DNA of 64,000 bases. It comes from a virus. Lineage: Duplodnaviria; Caudoviricetes. Positions 43,995-55,856 of this stretch are shown here, in pieces. The notes beneath the pieces are model-generated. The model did not search any database. It had not been told where the DNA came from and worked only from the letters and a program-made list of their open reading frames with translations. The stretch is from positions 1 through 64,000 of the IMG/VR virus record IMGVR_UViG_3300031555_001748; one strand, written 5' to 3'. A program made the translations under genes and the position numbers. Position 1 is the first letter of the stretch, and every line of letters starts with the position of its first letter.

Positions 43995-46900
43995 ATGAAA
44001 GATAGAGAATGGTATAAGGAACAAATTGATAACTTGCAAGATTGGTTGTTAGACGAAAAAATAATTAAGTCTCAAAACGACATTGAAAAAGAAGCATATC
44101 AAACCGTTTTACATAAGGTTATAGATATGTTCGTAGGCGAAGATTTGGATGATGATTATTTAGATAATCTATTAGAAGTCTTTAGCGAGTTATAAAATTG
44201 CAGTTTTAAGAGGTGATTAAATGGCTCGATTAAGCTATGAAGAGCTTGAAAAGATTAAAAAGAAACATGGTGTTACACGACTATGGTCATGGTCAAAAGT
44301 AAATACTTACATGACCTCTAAGTTTGAATACCTTCTAAAATATATTCTTAAATCAAAAGAAGATAGATGCGACAGTTGTTACACGACACTTGGTACTATC
44401 TGTCACGATACACTAGAGAAGTTCTACGAAGGTAAGATTAAGTACGAAGGCATGATTGACGATTATAACGATGGTTTTACTACTGCAATTACAATCGCAG
44501 ACCTAAAGTTTAATCGCTCTGATGCAGAAAAGAATAAGAGTATTGGTGAGAAGTATAACGAAAACTTAGTTCATTTCTTTAAGAATCATACTGTATATAA
44601 GCATAAGTTATTGGTAGAAAAGCCCATCATCTTTGTTATTGATGGCAATGTATTTGTAGGATATATCGACGGTCTTTATAAAGATGACGAAGATTTTGTA
44701 TATCCATTAGACTTTAAGACTAGTAGCATTTATACTGGTAAAACTCTCGAAGAAAATTCTGGTCAGTTAATTGGTTATGCTATTGGCTTACATCAAATGG
44801 GCATTCCTCTTGAAAAGATTAAGCCGCATTTTAACTTCCTAAAGTATTGTACCATTAAATATGAGCAAAAGAATGGTGCAATTAAGTATAGAAATGTTGA
44901 GAGATGCAAGATTGGTGAAAATATGCAGAGCAATGCAAAGACTTGGTTGAAGCACTTTGGATATGATGTTGACAAGTACTTAAAAGAGCTGCTTGACACA
45001 AATAGCATTGACTGTCTGCCTGATAAAGTGAAGGCTAAGTATGAGATTACTGACTGTCATGTTCCAGTTGAATTAAATGAGAAGATTATAGAAAAGTGGA
45101 CTAGTCACATTTCAACTACGATTCAAGATATTGAGTTACGAGAGAAAGATTATGAAGAGACCAAATCTCTTCAGTGCTTCTGGGATGACGAGGAAGATGT
45201 AAAGGCTCAAAGTTATTACTTTGCCAATCTATGTGCTTATAGTGCTTCTAAGCATTTGCCTTATAAGGCTTACTTAGAGAAGTTCGAAGCTGCTCAAAAG
45301 AGCAAAGATATGTTTGGTGGGTTGCTTGGCAATACTTCTTCAAGTAGTAACGTTATAGATAATAAGAGCAATGAAATAGATTTGTCTTGGCTTGATAATA
45401 TTTGAGGTGATGTAAATGATTCGCATAGAGGGACATTGGGAAGCCGTTGCAAGCCTACGAGATATTTCTAAAATTATTAGAGAATATTATAACCGTGAAC
45501 TTGCAGATGAAATGGATAAGTTGATTGAAATACAAGAAAATGAAATTCGTGATTTACAGTTGGAATTATATAATGCGCCAATGTACGACAACGACGACGA
45601 CGATTGGTATGATGACTGAAACGAGGTAAACAATATGAGTTTTTTGGTAACAAATAAAGACAATGGCGAGATGTACGAAGTATATGATATTGTGTATAAC
45701 AAGGCTGGATATCCGCACTTTTTAATTTACAAAAATGGTGAATGGCTTCGTCTAAGCGCAAAGCACTTTACACCGTTTTGTCCTCTTGATTACGAGAGTG
45801 ACTTTTAAAAGTTTAATTTTATGAGGTAATAATATGAATCTTGAATGGAATGTGTTTCGTCATGATATAAATAAGAACAAAATAGTTACTTTTAATATCT
45901 TTGACCACTGGAAGTTCAGCGAAGATGTCCAAAAGTCCTTGAAGAAATTCAAGGACAAGGACGAATTCGCAGAGCATCTAAGACGAGATTTGATGTATTA
46001 TTTCTGGTCTAAGTTTGAGTACGAAGTAGTGATTACAACTTTTCCTCCTTACATTACTATGGACGAGTTAGATAGATTGAATCATGAAAGATGGTCACAT
46101 AAAGATAGATATGGTACAGACTATGTGCGAATTAATGTTAGTCCAGATACTGGAGTCAAGATTGATATTTATGAACAAGTTATGAACAATTGGAACATTT
46201 TCTTAGATTATGTATGGAATAGTAAAATTCGTAGACCAAGAAAGAAGAAGGTGGATGTAGATGCTGACGGCTTGGGATGCTAAACAGAAGACTCAGGAAT
46301 ACGCAAGAGACTTTCGTGAAGAATGTTATGAAATAGAGGGGCTTATTGAAAAAGCAATTCTATCTGGTCATTTCTATGTGGTTGAATCAGGATATATAAA
46401 TCCAGCAATGAAAAGACATTTAGAAAATTTAGGATACATTGTTAAAACTGGAACCCAATATAATGAACCTTATTATTCTATTAGTTGGAAATAACAATTA
46501 AAACTAACATTTTAAGAGGTAAAGTTATGAAGAAGTTTACAATAGAATTAGTTTGGCATAACTGTTTAGAATGTCCACCAGAAGAAGCGACAAACGATTA
46601 TCTTATTGCGACAGATGGCGTTGATGTGTTCGAAGCGTTTTGGTATAGACCAGATGGTTTTATGATTCATGCAAAGCATGGATGGCATGGACTTTATGAA
46701 GATTTAAATAAATGGTACTGGGCAGATATTAGACAGACTGTGCGAGGAGACTACAGATTCAGAGGCTTGATTGTCGATGATGTTGTTGCCGTTTGTCAAG
46801 AATATCTAGGACAATTAAAACAGGGATTTTAATATGAGGTAAAAATATGAATGATGTAGAATTTGATATTGATGAATTTGAAGTATTTGACGAATATGAT

Positions 46901-47930
46901 GACTCATATGAAAACGAAATTATGAAATTCATTTGGGGTGTAAAGTCTTGGGACGATTTGTGCGAATCAGACGCTTGCTTGTACACAATGAATGATATCG
47001 AATTAGACTATCTCAAAGATACAAAAAAATATCTCTTAAGCATAGAAACCATTTTTATTTTTGATAAAGAAGAACATAAATTAAGTTATCTTAAGTATTG
47101 TTTAGACGAGTTTGAAAAATTCATGGTGGAAAACGGGTATAATACAGAAGTAAAGCCGCACTGGTGGAATGTATTTGGTGACGGTATGAATACACATTTT
47201 GATAGTATTGAAGAATGTTATGCAACGTTCAAGTTGCTTGTAAATGGCTATTGCAACTTTAAGAGGTAAGTATATATGGATGAAAAGAAATATGTAACAT
47301 GGGAAATGTTTGAACAGTATCATAAGAAACTTATGGAATACATTGATATACACGATGACTTAATGCTAGATGGTTTCACTATTTGTCCTAAATGCGGTGA
47401 AATTATGACAAGTGACAAGTGTGAGAACTGTGCAAAAGAAGATTAAAACAAAGATTTTAAGGTGAGAATTATGACAAATGAACAGATGGCAGAAAGACGA
47501 GTTGCTAGAGAAATTTTGAGCATCATTGAAACAATTTGTTTTAGCGAAGAGTATAAAGCATATAGAATTAATTATGGAAGCAATGGTCAACGAGATTTAA
47601 TTATATCCACTATTAAAGCCAAATATAATGTTGGCTGATAAAATAAAGGTTTTAAGAGGTAAATTTATGAACGCAGAAGAAAGACTGTTATACGCTGGAT
47701 ATGAGGACGTTAAGTATTTAGTAAATTATAGTTATGACGATGCCTTGATTGGAGTTACAGAAGACGGCAGAGCTGTTTATAACTATGAGCTTATGATTGA
47801 ATGGCTTATGAATGAAGAGGGCTGGACTGACAATGAGGCTGTTGAATGGATTGAAACAAATACAATAAGAGCCTTGCCTTATATGGGCAATGACGCACCG
47901 ATTATTGTGTATCCATTGCCATATTATTAA
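43995..47930 (+). other. Second island of small accessory ORFs around the PD-(D/E)XK nuclease
   Basis: ORFs at 43995-44195, 45416-45619, 45834-46283, 46261-46494, about 46528-46832, 46847-47269, 47668-47930 and others; 7 junction palindromes. Confidence 0.7.
44221..45405 (+). CDS. PD-(D/E)XK exonuclease (RecB/Cas4-like)
   Basis: SWSKVNTY, LGTICHDTLE, VEK, FVGYIDGLY, LDFKTS and QLIGY; C-terminal YFANLCAY...C-type motif. Confidence 0.88.
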   Translation: MARLSYEELEKIKKKHGVTRLWSWSKVNTYMTSKFEYLLKYILKSKEDRCDSCYTTLGTICHDTLEKFYEGKIKYEGMIDDYNDGFTTAITIADLKFNRSDAEKNKSIGEKYNENLVHFFKNHTVYKHKLLVEKPIIFVIDGNVFVGYIDGLYKDDEDFVYPLDFKTSSIYTGKTLEENSGQLIGYAIGLHQMGIPLEKIKPHFNFLKYCTIKYEQKNGAIKYRNVERCKIGENMQSNAKTWLKHFGYDVDKYLKELLDTNSIDCLPDKVKAKYEITDCHVPVELNEKIIEKWTSHISTTIQDIELREKDYEETKSLQCFWDDEEDVKAQSYYFANLCAYSASKHLPYKAYLEKFEAAQKSKDMFGGLLGNTSSSSNVIDNKSNEIDLSWLDNI

Positions 47931-47954
47931 ATAAAATAAATTTTGAATAATACC

Positions 47955-47983
47955 TTGACAGAGTTGTAAGATTATGGTATAAT
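47955..47983 (+). promoter_or_regulatory. Consensus sigma-A promoter of the DNA polymerase operon
   Basis: TTGACA-N17-TATAAT. Confidence 0.9.
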
Positions 47984-48047
47984 ACTCATGTAAAAAATAT
48001 CAATTAAATCTTACAACTCTTAAGGTTATATAGAAAGGTGTAGGTAG

Positions 48048-51000
48048 ATGAGATATAATAATTTTCATAAGCATACTCATTATAGCAACATCAAGACACT
48101 TGATTGTATTTCTAAACCAGAAGATTACATCAAACGAGCTGTTGAATTAGGTCATATTACATATTTTACAACAGAACATGGATTTCAAGGCAATATTTAC
48201 GAAGCATACACTCTTTGCGAACAGTATGGACTTAAGTGCATTTATGGTGTAGAAGCATATTATGTAGACGATATGTACGATAAATCTTCAAGAAGTAATT
48301 ATCACTTGATGCTTGTTGCAATGAACGATAATGGCAGAAAAGAAATTAACAAGATTATGTCTTTGGCGAATACAGATGGTTTCTATTACAAACCAAGAAT
48401 TGACCTGAAATGTTTACTGTCTCTTACACCTGCTGATGTTATTGTGACTACTGCTTGTGTTGCAAGCAGAATGTTTAAAGGCAAGATAAAAAAGAGAAAT
48501 GAATTAATTGGTTATGAAAAAAAATCAACATATCTTGGTATGGATGAGAATGAATGTCCTATATACGAAGAATCTGAAGAAGACGATTTTGACAAACCAA
48601 TCTATCAAGAGGTTGAATATGAAGACAAGGTAAGTTGGCTAAACGACTTCTTAATTCCTGTACATAATCATTTCGGTAGCAATTTTTACTTAGAAGTGCA
48701 AAATCATAATGAGTCAGTGCAGATTGAGCACAATAAAAAACTTCTTGCTGTCAGAAAAAAATATGGAATTCAGCTTATTCATGCAAACGATAGTCACTAT
48801 ATTTACCCAGAAGATGCAAAATATCGTGACTTGTTCTTAAATGCAAAAGGAATGCACTACGAAGATGAAAGTAACTTTGTCCTTGATTATCCCGATGCAG
48901 ACACTATCATTGAGAGATATCATGCTCAAGGTGTATTAAATGATGAGCAAATTAAAGAGGCGTTAGAAAATACACTTATTTTTGATAACGCCGACAGTAT
49001 TAAACTTGATAAAGAATTCAAGATACCTAAAATTACAGACGGCAATAGTGATATGGTATTGAGAAAAATCATTTCTGACGCTTGGAAAGAAGAAAAGAAA
49101 AGCATTCCAAAAGAAAGAATCAAAGAATACGAACAAGCAATTTATTATGAAATGGATATCATAAAGAATTGTGGAATGGCAGATTACTTCATTCTTGACC
49201 ATAAGATTATTAAGAAGGCTGTCAATGAATATAATGCGGTTTTGACAAGAAGCGGTAGAGGTAGTGCGGTTTCATTTTATGTAAACCGCTTGTTGGGACT
49301 GACAGAGATTGACAGACTAAAATCTCCAATTACACTTTATCCTACAAGATTTATGAGCGCAGAGCGTATTCTTAGCTCTCGTTCTCTTCCAGATATTGAC
49401 CTTAACTTTGCTGATGTAGAACCAGTAATTAAAGCTTCAAAAGACATTCTTGGCGAAGATGGTATTTATTATATGGTTGCATATAAGCCACTGCAAGAGT
49501 CTTCTGCTTTTAGACTATGGTGCAAGGCAAATGGATATCATATTGACGAGTATAATGAAATTGCAAAAGACCTAGAGAATCACTTGGAAGACAATAGATG
49601 GAAGCAAGTTATTGAAGACAGCAAGATTTTTAGAGGTGTAATTGAGAGTATTGCTCCCTCTCCGTGTTCATTCTTGTTGTTAGACAAACCTATTTCAGAA
49701 GAAGTTGGTTTGATAAGAGTTGGTAACGCAACTAACTATACAATGTGTTGCGCAATTGACGGCTATAACTGTGATGTTTACAAATATTTGAAAAATGATT
49801 ACTTGACGGTAAAAGTGTATGAAATTATTGATAAGGTGTATAAGCTAATTGGTAGACCAATAGACAACATTGACACTTTGCTTGCCAATTGTGATGACAA
49901 AGTATGGGATGTATATGCAAATGCCTTAACAACAACCATCAACCAGTCTGATTCTGATTTTGGCAAACAGACATTAAAGAGATATAAGCCTACATCTTTG
50001 GCGGAAATGTCTGCATGGGTAGCTGCTATTAGACCCGGCTTTGCTTCTCTGTTGAACAATTTCTTAGATAGATTGCCTTACACGACTGGTGTTAAAGAGT
50101 TGGATGATATACTAGAAGACTCTTTCCATTACTTGACATATCAGGAATCTATTATGAAGTATCTTGTTTGGTTGGGAATCGAAGAGAAGGGTACATATGA
50201 CATCATTAAAAAGATTGCTAAAAAGAAGTTTAAGGAAAAGGAACTAGAAGAACTTAAGGCACAACTTTTACAAGGTTGGGTGAAAAATGTTGGCACAGAA
50301 GATGGTTTTGCTGAAACATGGCAGGTCGTTGAAGATGCCGCTCATTATTCTTTCAATGCATCGCACTCACTGTCTGTTGCCATTGATAGTATTTATGGAG
50401 CTTATTTGAAATCTCATTATCCTCTTGAATACTTTACTGTTGTATTGACGTTGTATGCCGATGATATAGATAGAACATCTAAGTTAATTGAAGAATTGCC
50501 TTATTTCGGTATTACGATTCAACCTGTAAAATTCGGCAAATCTGGCTCAGATTATACATTAGACAAAGAAAATAATCAGATTTATAAGGGTGTTCAAAGC
50601 ATAAAATACCTCAATGCTCAAATCGGAGAAGAGCTACTTGAATTATCAAAGAATAAATATGGTACTTTTATAGAATTGTTAAAGGATATTAAAGAAAAGA
50701 CTTCTATTAACTCTAAGCAATTAACCATTCTTATTGCTTTGAATTATTTCGAAGACTTTGGAGCGAATGATTATTTGTTAAAAATAATTGATATCTATGA
50801 TAAGTTTGCAACTACTAAAATTATAGCAAAAAATAAAATGGAATCATTAGGTATAAACGAATATCTTATGACAAAGTATGCTGCCAAAGAAACAAAGTCT
50901 CAATATAGAGAACTTGATAATGATGGTTTAATCAAAGAACTTTGTAGCAAGGTTGAAAACAAACCTTTATCAATTACTGAACAGATTAAATTTGAAATAG

Positions 51001-51308
51001 AATACTTGGGATATGCTGTTTATACCAACGAAAATATTGCCGATTATTATTATATTGTTACCGAGTTTGAGCAATATAAAGACGCATCTCGTCCATATTT
51101 TACATTGTATAATTTGAGAACTGGTGAAAGTATCAAGACAAAAATCAGACAAGGTAAAGTTTACAAAGAGAATCCTTTTGGGTTGTATTCCGTTTTGGAT
51201 ATTAGAGGATTCACTTATAAGAATAAGACAAAGTTAGTAGATGGCGAATGGACGAAGACAGAAGAACTCGAAGCTATTGTTGAAACATATGAGGTTGTAA
51301 AGAAATGA
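48048..51308 (+). CDS. dnaE: DNA polymerase III alpha subunit (DnaE-like, PHP domain)
   Basis: HKHTHYS, TTEH, ANDSHY, RSGRGSAV, PDIDL, KNDYL and YSFNASHS. Confidence 0.95.
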   Translation: MRYNNFHKHTHYSNIKTLDCISKPEDYIKRAVELGHITYFTTEHGFQGNIYEAYTLCEQYGLKCIYGVEAYYVDDMYDKSSRSNYHLMLVAMNDNGRKEINKIMSLANTDGFYYKPRIDLKCLLSLTPADVIVTTACVASRMFKGKIKKRNELIGYEKKSTYLGMDENECPIYEESEEDDFDKPIYQEVEYEDKVSWLNDFLIPVHNHFGSNFYLEVQNHNESVQIEHNKKLLAVRKKYGIQLIHANDSHYIYPEDAKYRDLFLNAKGMHYEDESNFVLDYPDADTIIERYHAQGVLNDEQIKEALENTLIFDNADSIKLDKEFKIPKITDGNSDMVLRKIISDAWKEEKKSIPKERIKEYEQAIYYEMDIIKNCGMADYFILDHKIIKKAVNEYNAVLTRSGRGSAVSFYVNRLLGLTEIDRLKSPITLYPTRFMSAERILSSRSLPDIDLNFADVEPVIKASKDILGEDGIYYMVAYKPLQESSAFRLWCKANGYHIDEYNEIAKDLENHLEDNRWKQVIEDSKIFRGVIESIAPSPCSFLLLDKPISEEVGLIRVGNATNYTMCCAIDGYNCDVYKYLKNDYLTVKVYEIIDKVYKLIGRPIDNIDTLLANCDDKVWDVYANALTTTINQSDSDFGKQTLKRYKPTSLAEMSAWVAAIRPGFASLLNNFLDRLPYTTGVKELDDILEDSFHYLTYQESIMKYLVWLGIEEKGTYDIIKKIAKKKFKEKELEELKAQLLQGWVKNVGTEDGFAETWQVVEDAAHYSFNASHSLSVAIDSIYGAYLKSHYPLEYFTVVLTLYADDIDRTSKLIEELPYFGITIQPVKFGKSGSDYTLDKENNQIYKGVQSIKYLNAQIGEELLELSKNKYGTFIELLKDIKEKTSINSKQLTILIALNYFEDFGANDYLLKIIDIYDKFATTKIIAKNKMESLGINEYLMTKYAAKETKSQYRELDNDGLIKELCSKVENKPLSITEQIKFEIEYLGYAVYTNENIADYYYIVTEFEQYKDASRPYFTLYNLRTGESIKTKIRQGKVYKENPFGLYSVLDIRGFTYKNKTKLVDGEWTKTEELEAIVETYEVVKK

Positions 51309-53563
51309 ACGAACAGAAGCAATATAAATTTAAGGGAGTAGTCATTAGGTGTACTTATAACACACCAGATTATAAGATATATGCTGTCGATGTAAGCAAA
51401 ATTGACTATCCAGATATCAAACAGAACAAGTATAATAATGTCAGCATCTTGGGCGAGTTAGCCGACCTCACATTAGGCGTAGAATACGAAATTACAGCAG
51501 AAGAGCAGACTAATAAGTATGGCACTAGTTACAAAGTTATCAACCTAAGACGGGATATGCCAACTACCACAGAAGGCACATATTTGTTTCTTTCAGAGAT
51601 TCTGACTGAGAATCAAGCTAAGGTCTTAGTGGAACACTATCCAGATATTATTCAAAAGGTAAAGAATAACAATTTGGACGACATTGACTTATCAAAGCTA
51701 AAGGGAATTGGTACAAAAACTTTTGAAAAAATAAAAGACAAAATTATAACTAATTTTGCTCTTATGGATTTAGTTATTGAGTTTAAGAATGTTTTGTCGA
51801 TGAGTATTATCAAGAAGATTTATGATGAATATTCTTCTATTGATAAGCTGAAAGAAAAATTGAAAGTGCAACCATATACAACATTAACCAGAATTAGTCG
51901 CATAGGATTCAAGACGGCAGACAGTATTATCTTACAGTTACAGAAAGAAAATATTATTGATTTTGGTTATGATGTAAAAACCTCACCAGATAGATGTTTG
52001 TCTTGTATGTTATATCTATTGGAAGAGAATGAAAATGATGGTCATACCAAGATGAACTTAGCCGACCTTAGACAGCAGTGCTTAAAAATGGTTCCATCTT
52101 GTGCAGAACATTTTGTTGATGTTATTAAGGACGATAACATTTACTATAACAAAGACAATATGGAAGTAGCCCTTCGTCAAACATACGAAACTGAAAAATA
52201 TATTGCAGATACAATTTTATCTAATTTGCAAGGTGCAAATAATATATGGGAATTTGATACCTATAGGTACAAAAAGGTAGGAGAATTTGAACTGTCTGAT
52301 GAGCAGATGCAGATTCTTGATGTAGTATGTAAGAACAATATTGCCATCTTGAACGGATTTGCAGGAGCTGGCAAGACTGCATCTACACAAGGCATTATCA
52401 ACATGCTAAAAGACAACAATAAATCTTTTAGATTGATGAGTCCTACTGGTCGTGCTGCAAAGGTTTTGCACGAAAACACAAATGAGCCAGCATCTACAAT
52501 CCATAGAGGTTTGGGTTATGTGCCACCTAATCAATGGACATATAACGAATGGCAAAAACTTCATGCAGATATTATAATTGTCGATGAGTTTTCTATGGTT
52601 GATATTTGGTTGTTTAAGAAGCTACTTGATGCTATTGATTTTAGTTATACAAAGCTGTTATTGATTGGTGATAATGCACAGTTACCTTCTGTATCTTGTG
52701 GCAACTTGCTTCACGATTTCATGGAGGCAAATATTATTCCTACCGTTACACTGAATAAAATCTTTAGATATTCTAGTGGTGGATTGATGAAGGTGGCGAC
52801 AGATACAAGATGTTGTAAAGAGTATCTAACAAAAGATATGAAATCTAAGGCAACCACTTTCGGCAACAACCAAGACTATATGTTTATTGATTTAGCATCC
52901 GAGTTAATTCCCAAAAACGTAGTGGCTTTGTATAAGAAGCTGTTAGACAATGGTAGTAGCATTGAGGATATTCAAGTTCTGACTGCAAAGAATGTTGGTG
53001 AATGCGGTTCTGTTGAATTAAATAATATGATTCAGAGAATTGCAAACCCAAACTACGGCAGTGAAGTTAATATGAAAGTTGGAGATACGACCTATTATGA
53101 AGGGGATTTGATTCTTCAGTGTGTAAATAACTATAATGCCGAATTAGTAAGGGATAAAAGTAATTCAAATTGGTCTTTGGATGACGAAGCAGAAACGGCT
53201 TTTGTTGCAAACGGTGAGACTGCTATTATTGAAGAGATTTATAACACTTATATAATCGCCAACTTTAATGGAATTCGTGTTAAGTATTATAGAAATGATA
53301 TGAACATGGTTAAGCTGGGCTATGCGATAAGCATTCATAAATCGCAGGGCGGCGGTTTTAAAACGGTAATCTTGTGCAGTCCACAAAGCCATATTTTTAT
53401 GTTGAATTCAAATCTTCTGTACGTTGGATTAACACGAATGAAAGAAAAGTTGTATCACTTAGGAAGTTTGCAGAGTGTAAACCAAGCAGTTAAAAAGAAA
53501 GCGAATTTAACCAGACATACTTTTATGCAAAATTTGTTAAAACCTATTGACAAACAAGAATAA
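51305..53563 (+). CDS. recD2: RecD2-like SF1B helicase
   Basis: N-terminal OB and HhH (LKGIGTKT), GFAGAGKT, SPTGRAA, VDEFSM, GDNAQLPSV and AISIHKSQG. Confidence 0.95.
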   Translation: MNEQKQYKFKGVVIRCTYNTPDYKIYAVDVSKIDYPDIKQNKYNNVSILGELADLTLGVEYEITAEEQTNKYGTSYKVINLRRDMPTTTEGTYLFLSEILTENQAKVLVEHYPDIIQKVKNNNLDDIDLSKLKGIGTKTFEKIKDKIITNFALMDLVIEFKNVLSMSIIKKIYDEYSSIDKLKEKLKVQPYTTLTRISRIGFKTADSIILQLQKENIIDFGYDVKTSPDRCLSCMLYLLEENENDGHTKMNLADLRQQCLKMVPSCAEHFVDVIKDDNIYYNKDNMEVALRQTYETEKYIADTILSNLQGANNIWEFDTYRYKKVGEFELSDEQMQILDVVCKNNIAILNGFAGAGKTASTQGIINMLKDNNKSFRLMSPTGRAAKVLHENTNEPASTIHRGLGYVPPNQWTYNEWQKLHADIIIVDEFSMVDIWLFKKLLDAIDFSYTKLLLIGDNAQLPSVSCGNLLHDFMEANIIPTVTLNKIFRYSSGGLMKVATDTRCCKEYLTKDMKSKATTFGNNQDYMFIDLASELIPKNVVALYKKLLDNGSSIEDIQVLTAKNVGECGSVELNNMIQRIANPNYGSEVNMKVGDTTYYEGDLILQCVNNYNAELVRDKSNSNWSLDDEAETAFVANGETAIIEEIYNTYIIANFNGIRVKYYRNDMNMVKLGYAISIHKSQGGGFKTVILCSPQSHIFMLNSNLLYVGLTRMKEKLYHLGSLQSVNQAVKKKANLTRHTFMQNLLKPIDKQE

Positions 53564-53575
53564 AAAGAGTATAAT
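53547..53575 (+). promoter_or_regulatory. Consensus sigma-A promoter
   Basis: TTGACA-N17-TATAAT; a hairpin TAGGGCTTA/TAAGCCCTA follows at about 53589-53610. Confidence 0.85.
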
Positions 53576-53846
53576 ATTAACAGTAATTTAGGGCTTATTT
53601 TTAAGCCCTAACTACTAAAGTTATATAAGGAAGGTGAAGAAATGAGCGACAGTAATCATAAGAAGAAGACTAAGAAGAATAAGAAATGTAAGATTAAGTG
53701 TGCAACTTGCGAGTTCTATGATGCACCAATTGACTATTGCTCACAGAAAAAAATTGAACAATGCACTATGCAAGCACATATCAATTTCTCATCTTGTGAT
53801 GAGTATCTTATTCGTGAAGACCTAGTAATGTTTTAAGGAGATACAT

Positions 53847-55823
53847 ATGAATTCGATTGAACTAGATATGATGAGAGGCATGGTTTCAATCCTTAATGAA
53901 GCGTCAAATGCATATTACAACACTGGTCATCCCATTATGACCGATGAACAGTTTGATGCTAGATTGGCAGACCTTAAACAACTCGAAGAAGAAACTGGTT
54001 TTGTTTTAGCAAATTCTCCTACACACAATGTTGGTGCAAAAGTTTTGACCGAGCTTAAAGAGGTAACACACTCTTATCCTATGTTGAGCTTAGAGAAGTG
54101 CCATACTGTAGAGGAGCTAATTAAATTTGCCAATAATAAAGAATTAGTGGCTAGTATTAAGTTAGATGGTCTTACTTGTAGACTAACCTATGAAGATGGG
54201 CTTCTCTCTCGTGCTGAAACTAGAGGCAACGGACATGTTGGTTCTGACATTACTGAACATGTTAAACAGTTTAAGAATGTTCCTTTGAAGATTAATAAGG
54301 AAGGAACTTATATTATTGATGGCGAGGCAATTATTACAGATGATGATTTTGCCGAAGTCAATAAGGATGGCGAATACAAGAATAGTAGAAATCTAGCTTC
54401 TGGCACTCTTGCTGTTTTGGATACATCTTTAGTAGCAAAGAGAAGATTGAGACTTCTTGGTTGGGATGTTATTGAAGGTGGTGGCAATAGCCTTTATGAA
54501 AACCTAAATGAAGCAAAAGAATTAGGCTTTGATGTCGTGCCTCATTGGTTTAATAATACTACCACTGGTTTAAATCCTAAGAATTTAGAGGGCAATATTT
54601 ATTATATCTTTGACTATACCAAGGAAGAGGGCTTGCCTTGCGATGGTATTGTATTTAAGTTTAATGATATTGCATATGGCAAGTCTCTAGGTGCTACTAG
54701 TCATCATTTCAGAAATGGTATTGCTTACAAGGCAAAAGATGAAGTGTATGAAACTGAGTTAATTGATGTTGAATTTACGATGGGAAAGACTGGAGTTCTT
54801 ACTCCTACTGCCGTGTTTAAGCCAGTGGAAATTGACGGAACTACTGTTGAACGAGCATCCGTACATAATATGTCTATTCTGTCCAAGCTAGATTTACATA
54901 TTGGAGATACTATTGAAGTTGTAAAAGCCAATTCCATTATTCCTCAAGTTAAGAGAAACGTTTCTGCTGATGAGAGAATGGCACTGGGCAAGCCACGAGA
55001 TTTCATTGCCTTCCCAGAACATTGTCCTGTTTGTGGTGGCACAACTAGACTAGTAACAGAGAATAGTTCTACTGTTCTTGTTTGCACAAATGAATTTTGT
55101 AAGGGTAAGTTGCTTGGTAAGTTGACTCATTTTGTTTCTAAGAACGCAATGAATGTAGATGGAATGAGCGAGGCAACCTTAGAAAAGTTTATTGAGCTTG
55201 GTTGGCTGACTTGTTTTGAAGATGTTTATAGCTTAAAATACCACTTCTCTGAAATGATTAAGCTTGATGGCTTTGGTGAGAAGTCTGCAAAAAAGCTGTT
55301 GGATTCTATTGCGAAGTCAAAGAATACTACTCTTGATAGATTTATCTATGCACTTTCCATTCCTTTAATTGGTCGCTCTGCAAGTAAGACTATTAGCAAG
55401 TATTTTAATGGAGACTTTAATAAATTCTGCAAAGAATGCTGTCTGAATCAGTTTGACTTCACTGTACTTGATGATTTTGGCGAAGCTATGAATGACTCTA
55501 TTAATGATTATATCGAGAAGAATGTTGTTATGATTGGCAATCTTGCAAAGGAAATGTATTTTGAAAAGCCGCAGATTGTTTCTGGCTCTAGCTTAGAGGG
55601 AAAGACTTTTGTAATTACTGGCAGTCTAAATCATTTTGCAAATAGAGATGAAGCCAAAGAAAAGATTGAAGCTGCTGGTGGCAAGGTGAGTGGTTCTGTT
55701 TCTGCAAAAACCTCTTACTTGGTAAACAATGATACAACATCTACGAGTGGCAAAAATAAGAAAGCAAAAGAATTAAACATTCCTATTATTTCTGAAGAAG
55801 AATTAATTAAGATGTTAAACTAA
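53847..55823 (+). CDS. ligA: NAD-dependent DNA ligase
   Basis: AYYNTG, HSYPMLSL, KLDG, Zn finger CPVC..C, HhH repeats and a BRCT domain (FVITG). Confidence 0.96.
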   Translation: MNSIELDMMRGMVSILNEASNAYYNTGHPIMTDEQFDARLADLKQLEEETGFVLANSPTHNVGAKVLTELKEVTHSYPMLSLEKCHTVEELIKFANNKELVASIKLDGLTCRLTYEDGLLSRAETRGNGHVGSDITEHVKQFKNVPLKINKEGTYIIDGEAIITDDDFAEVNKDGEYKNSRNLASGTLAVLDTSLVAKRRLRLLGWDVIEGGGNSLYENLNEAKELGFDVVPHWFNNTTTGLNPKNLEGNIYYIFDYTKEEGLPCDGIVFKFNDIAYGKSLGATSHHFRNGIAYKAKDEVYETELIDVEFTMGKTGVLTPTAVFKPVEIDGTTVERASVHNMSILSKLDLHIGDTIEVVKANSIIPQVKRNVSADERMALGKPRDFIAFPEHCPVCGGTTRLVTENSSTVLVCTNEFCKGKLLGKLTHFVSKNAMNVDGMSEATLEKFIELGWLTCFEDVYSLKYHFSEMIKLDGFGEKSAKKLLDSIAKSKNTTLDRFIYALSIPLIGRSASKTISKYFNGDFNKFCKECCLNQFDFTVLDDFGEAMNDSINDYIEKNVVMIGNLAKEMYFEKPQIVSGSSLEGKTFVITGSLNHFANRDEAKEKIEAAGGKVSGSVSAKTSYLVNNDTTSTSGKNKKAKELNIPIISEEELIKMLN

Positions 55824-55856
55824 TAAATATATAAGAATGAAAATAAGAGGTGGCAT

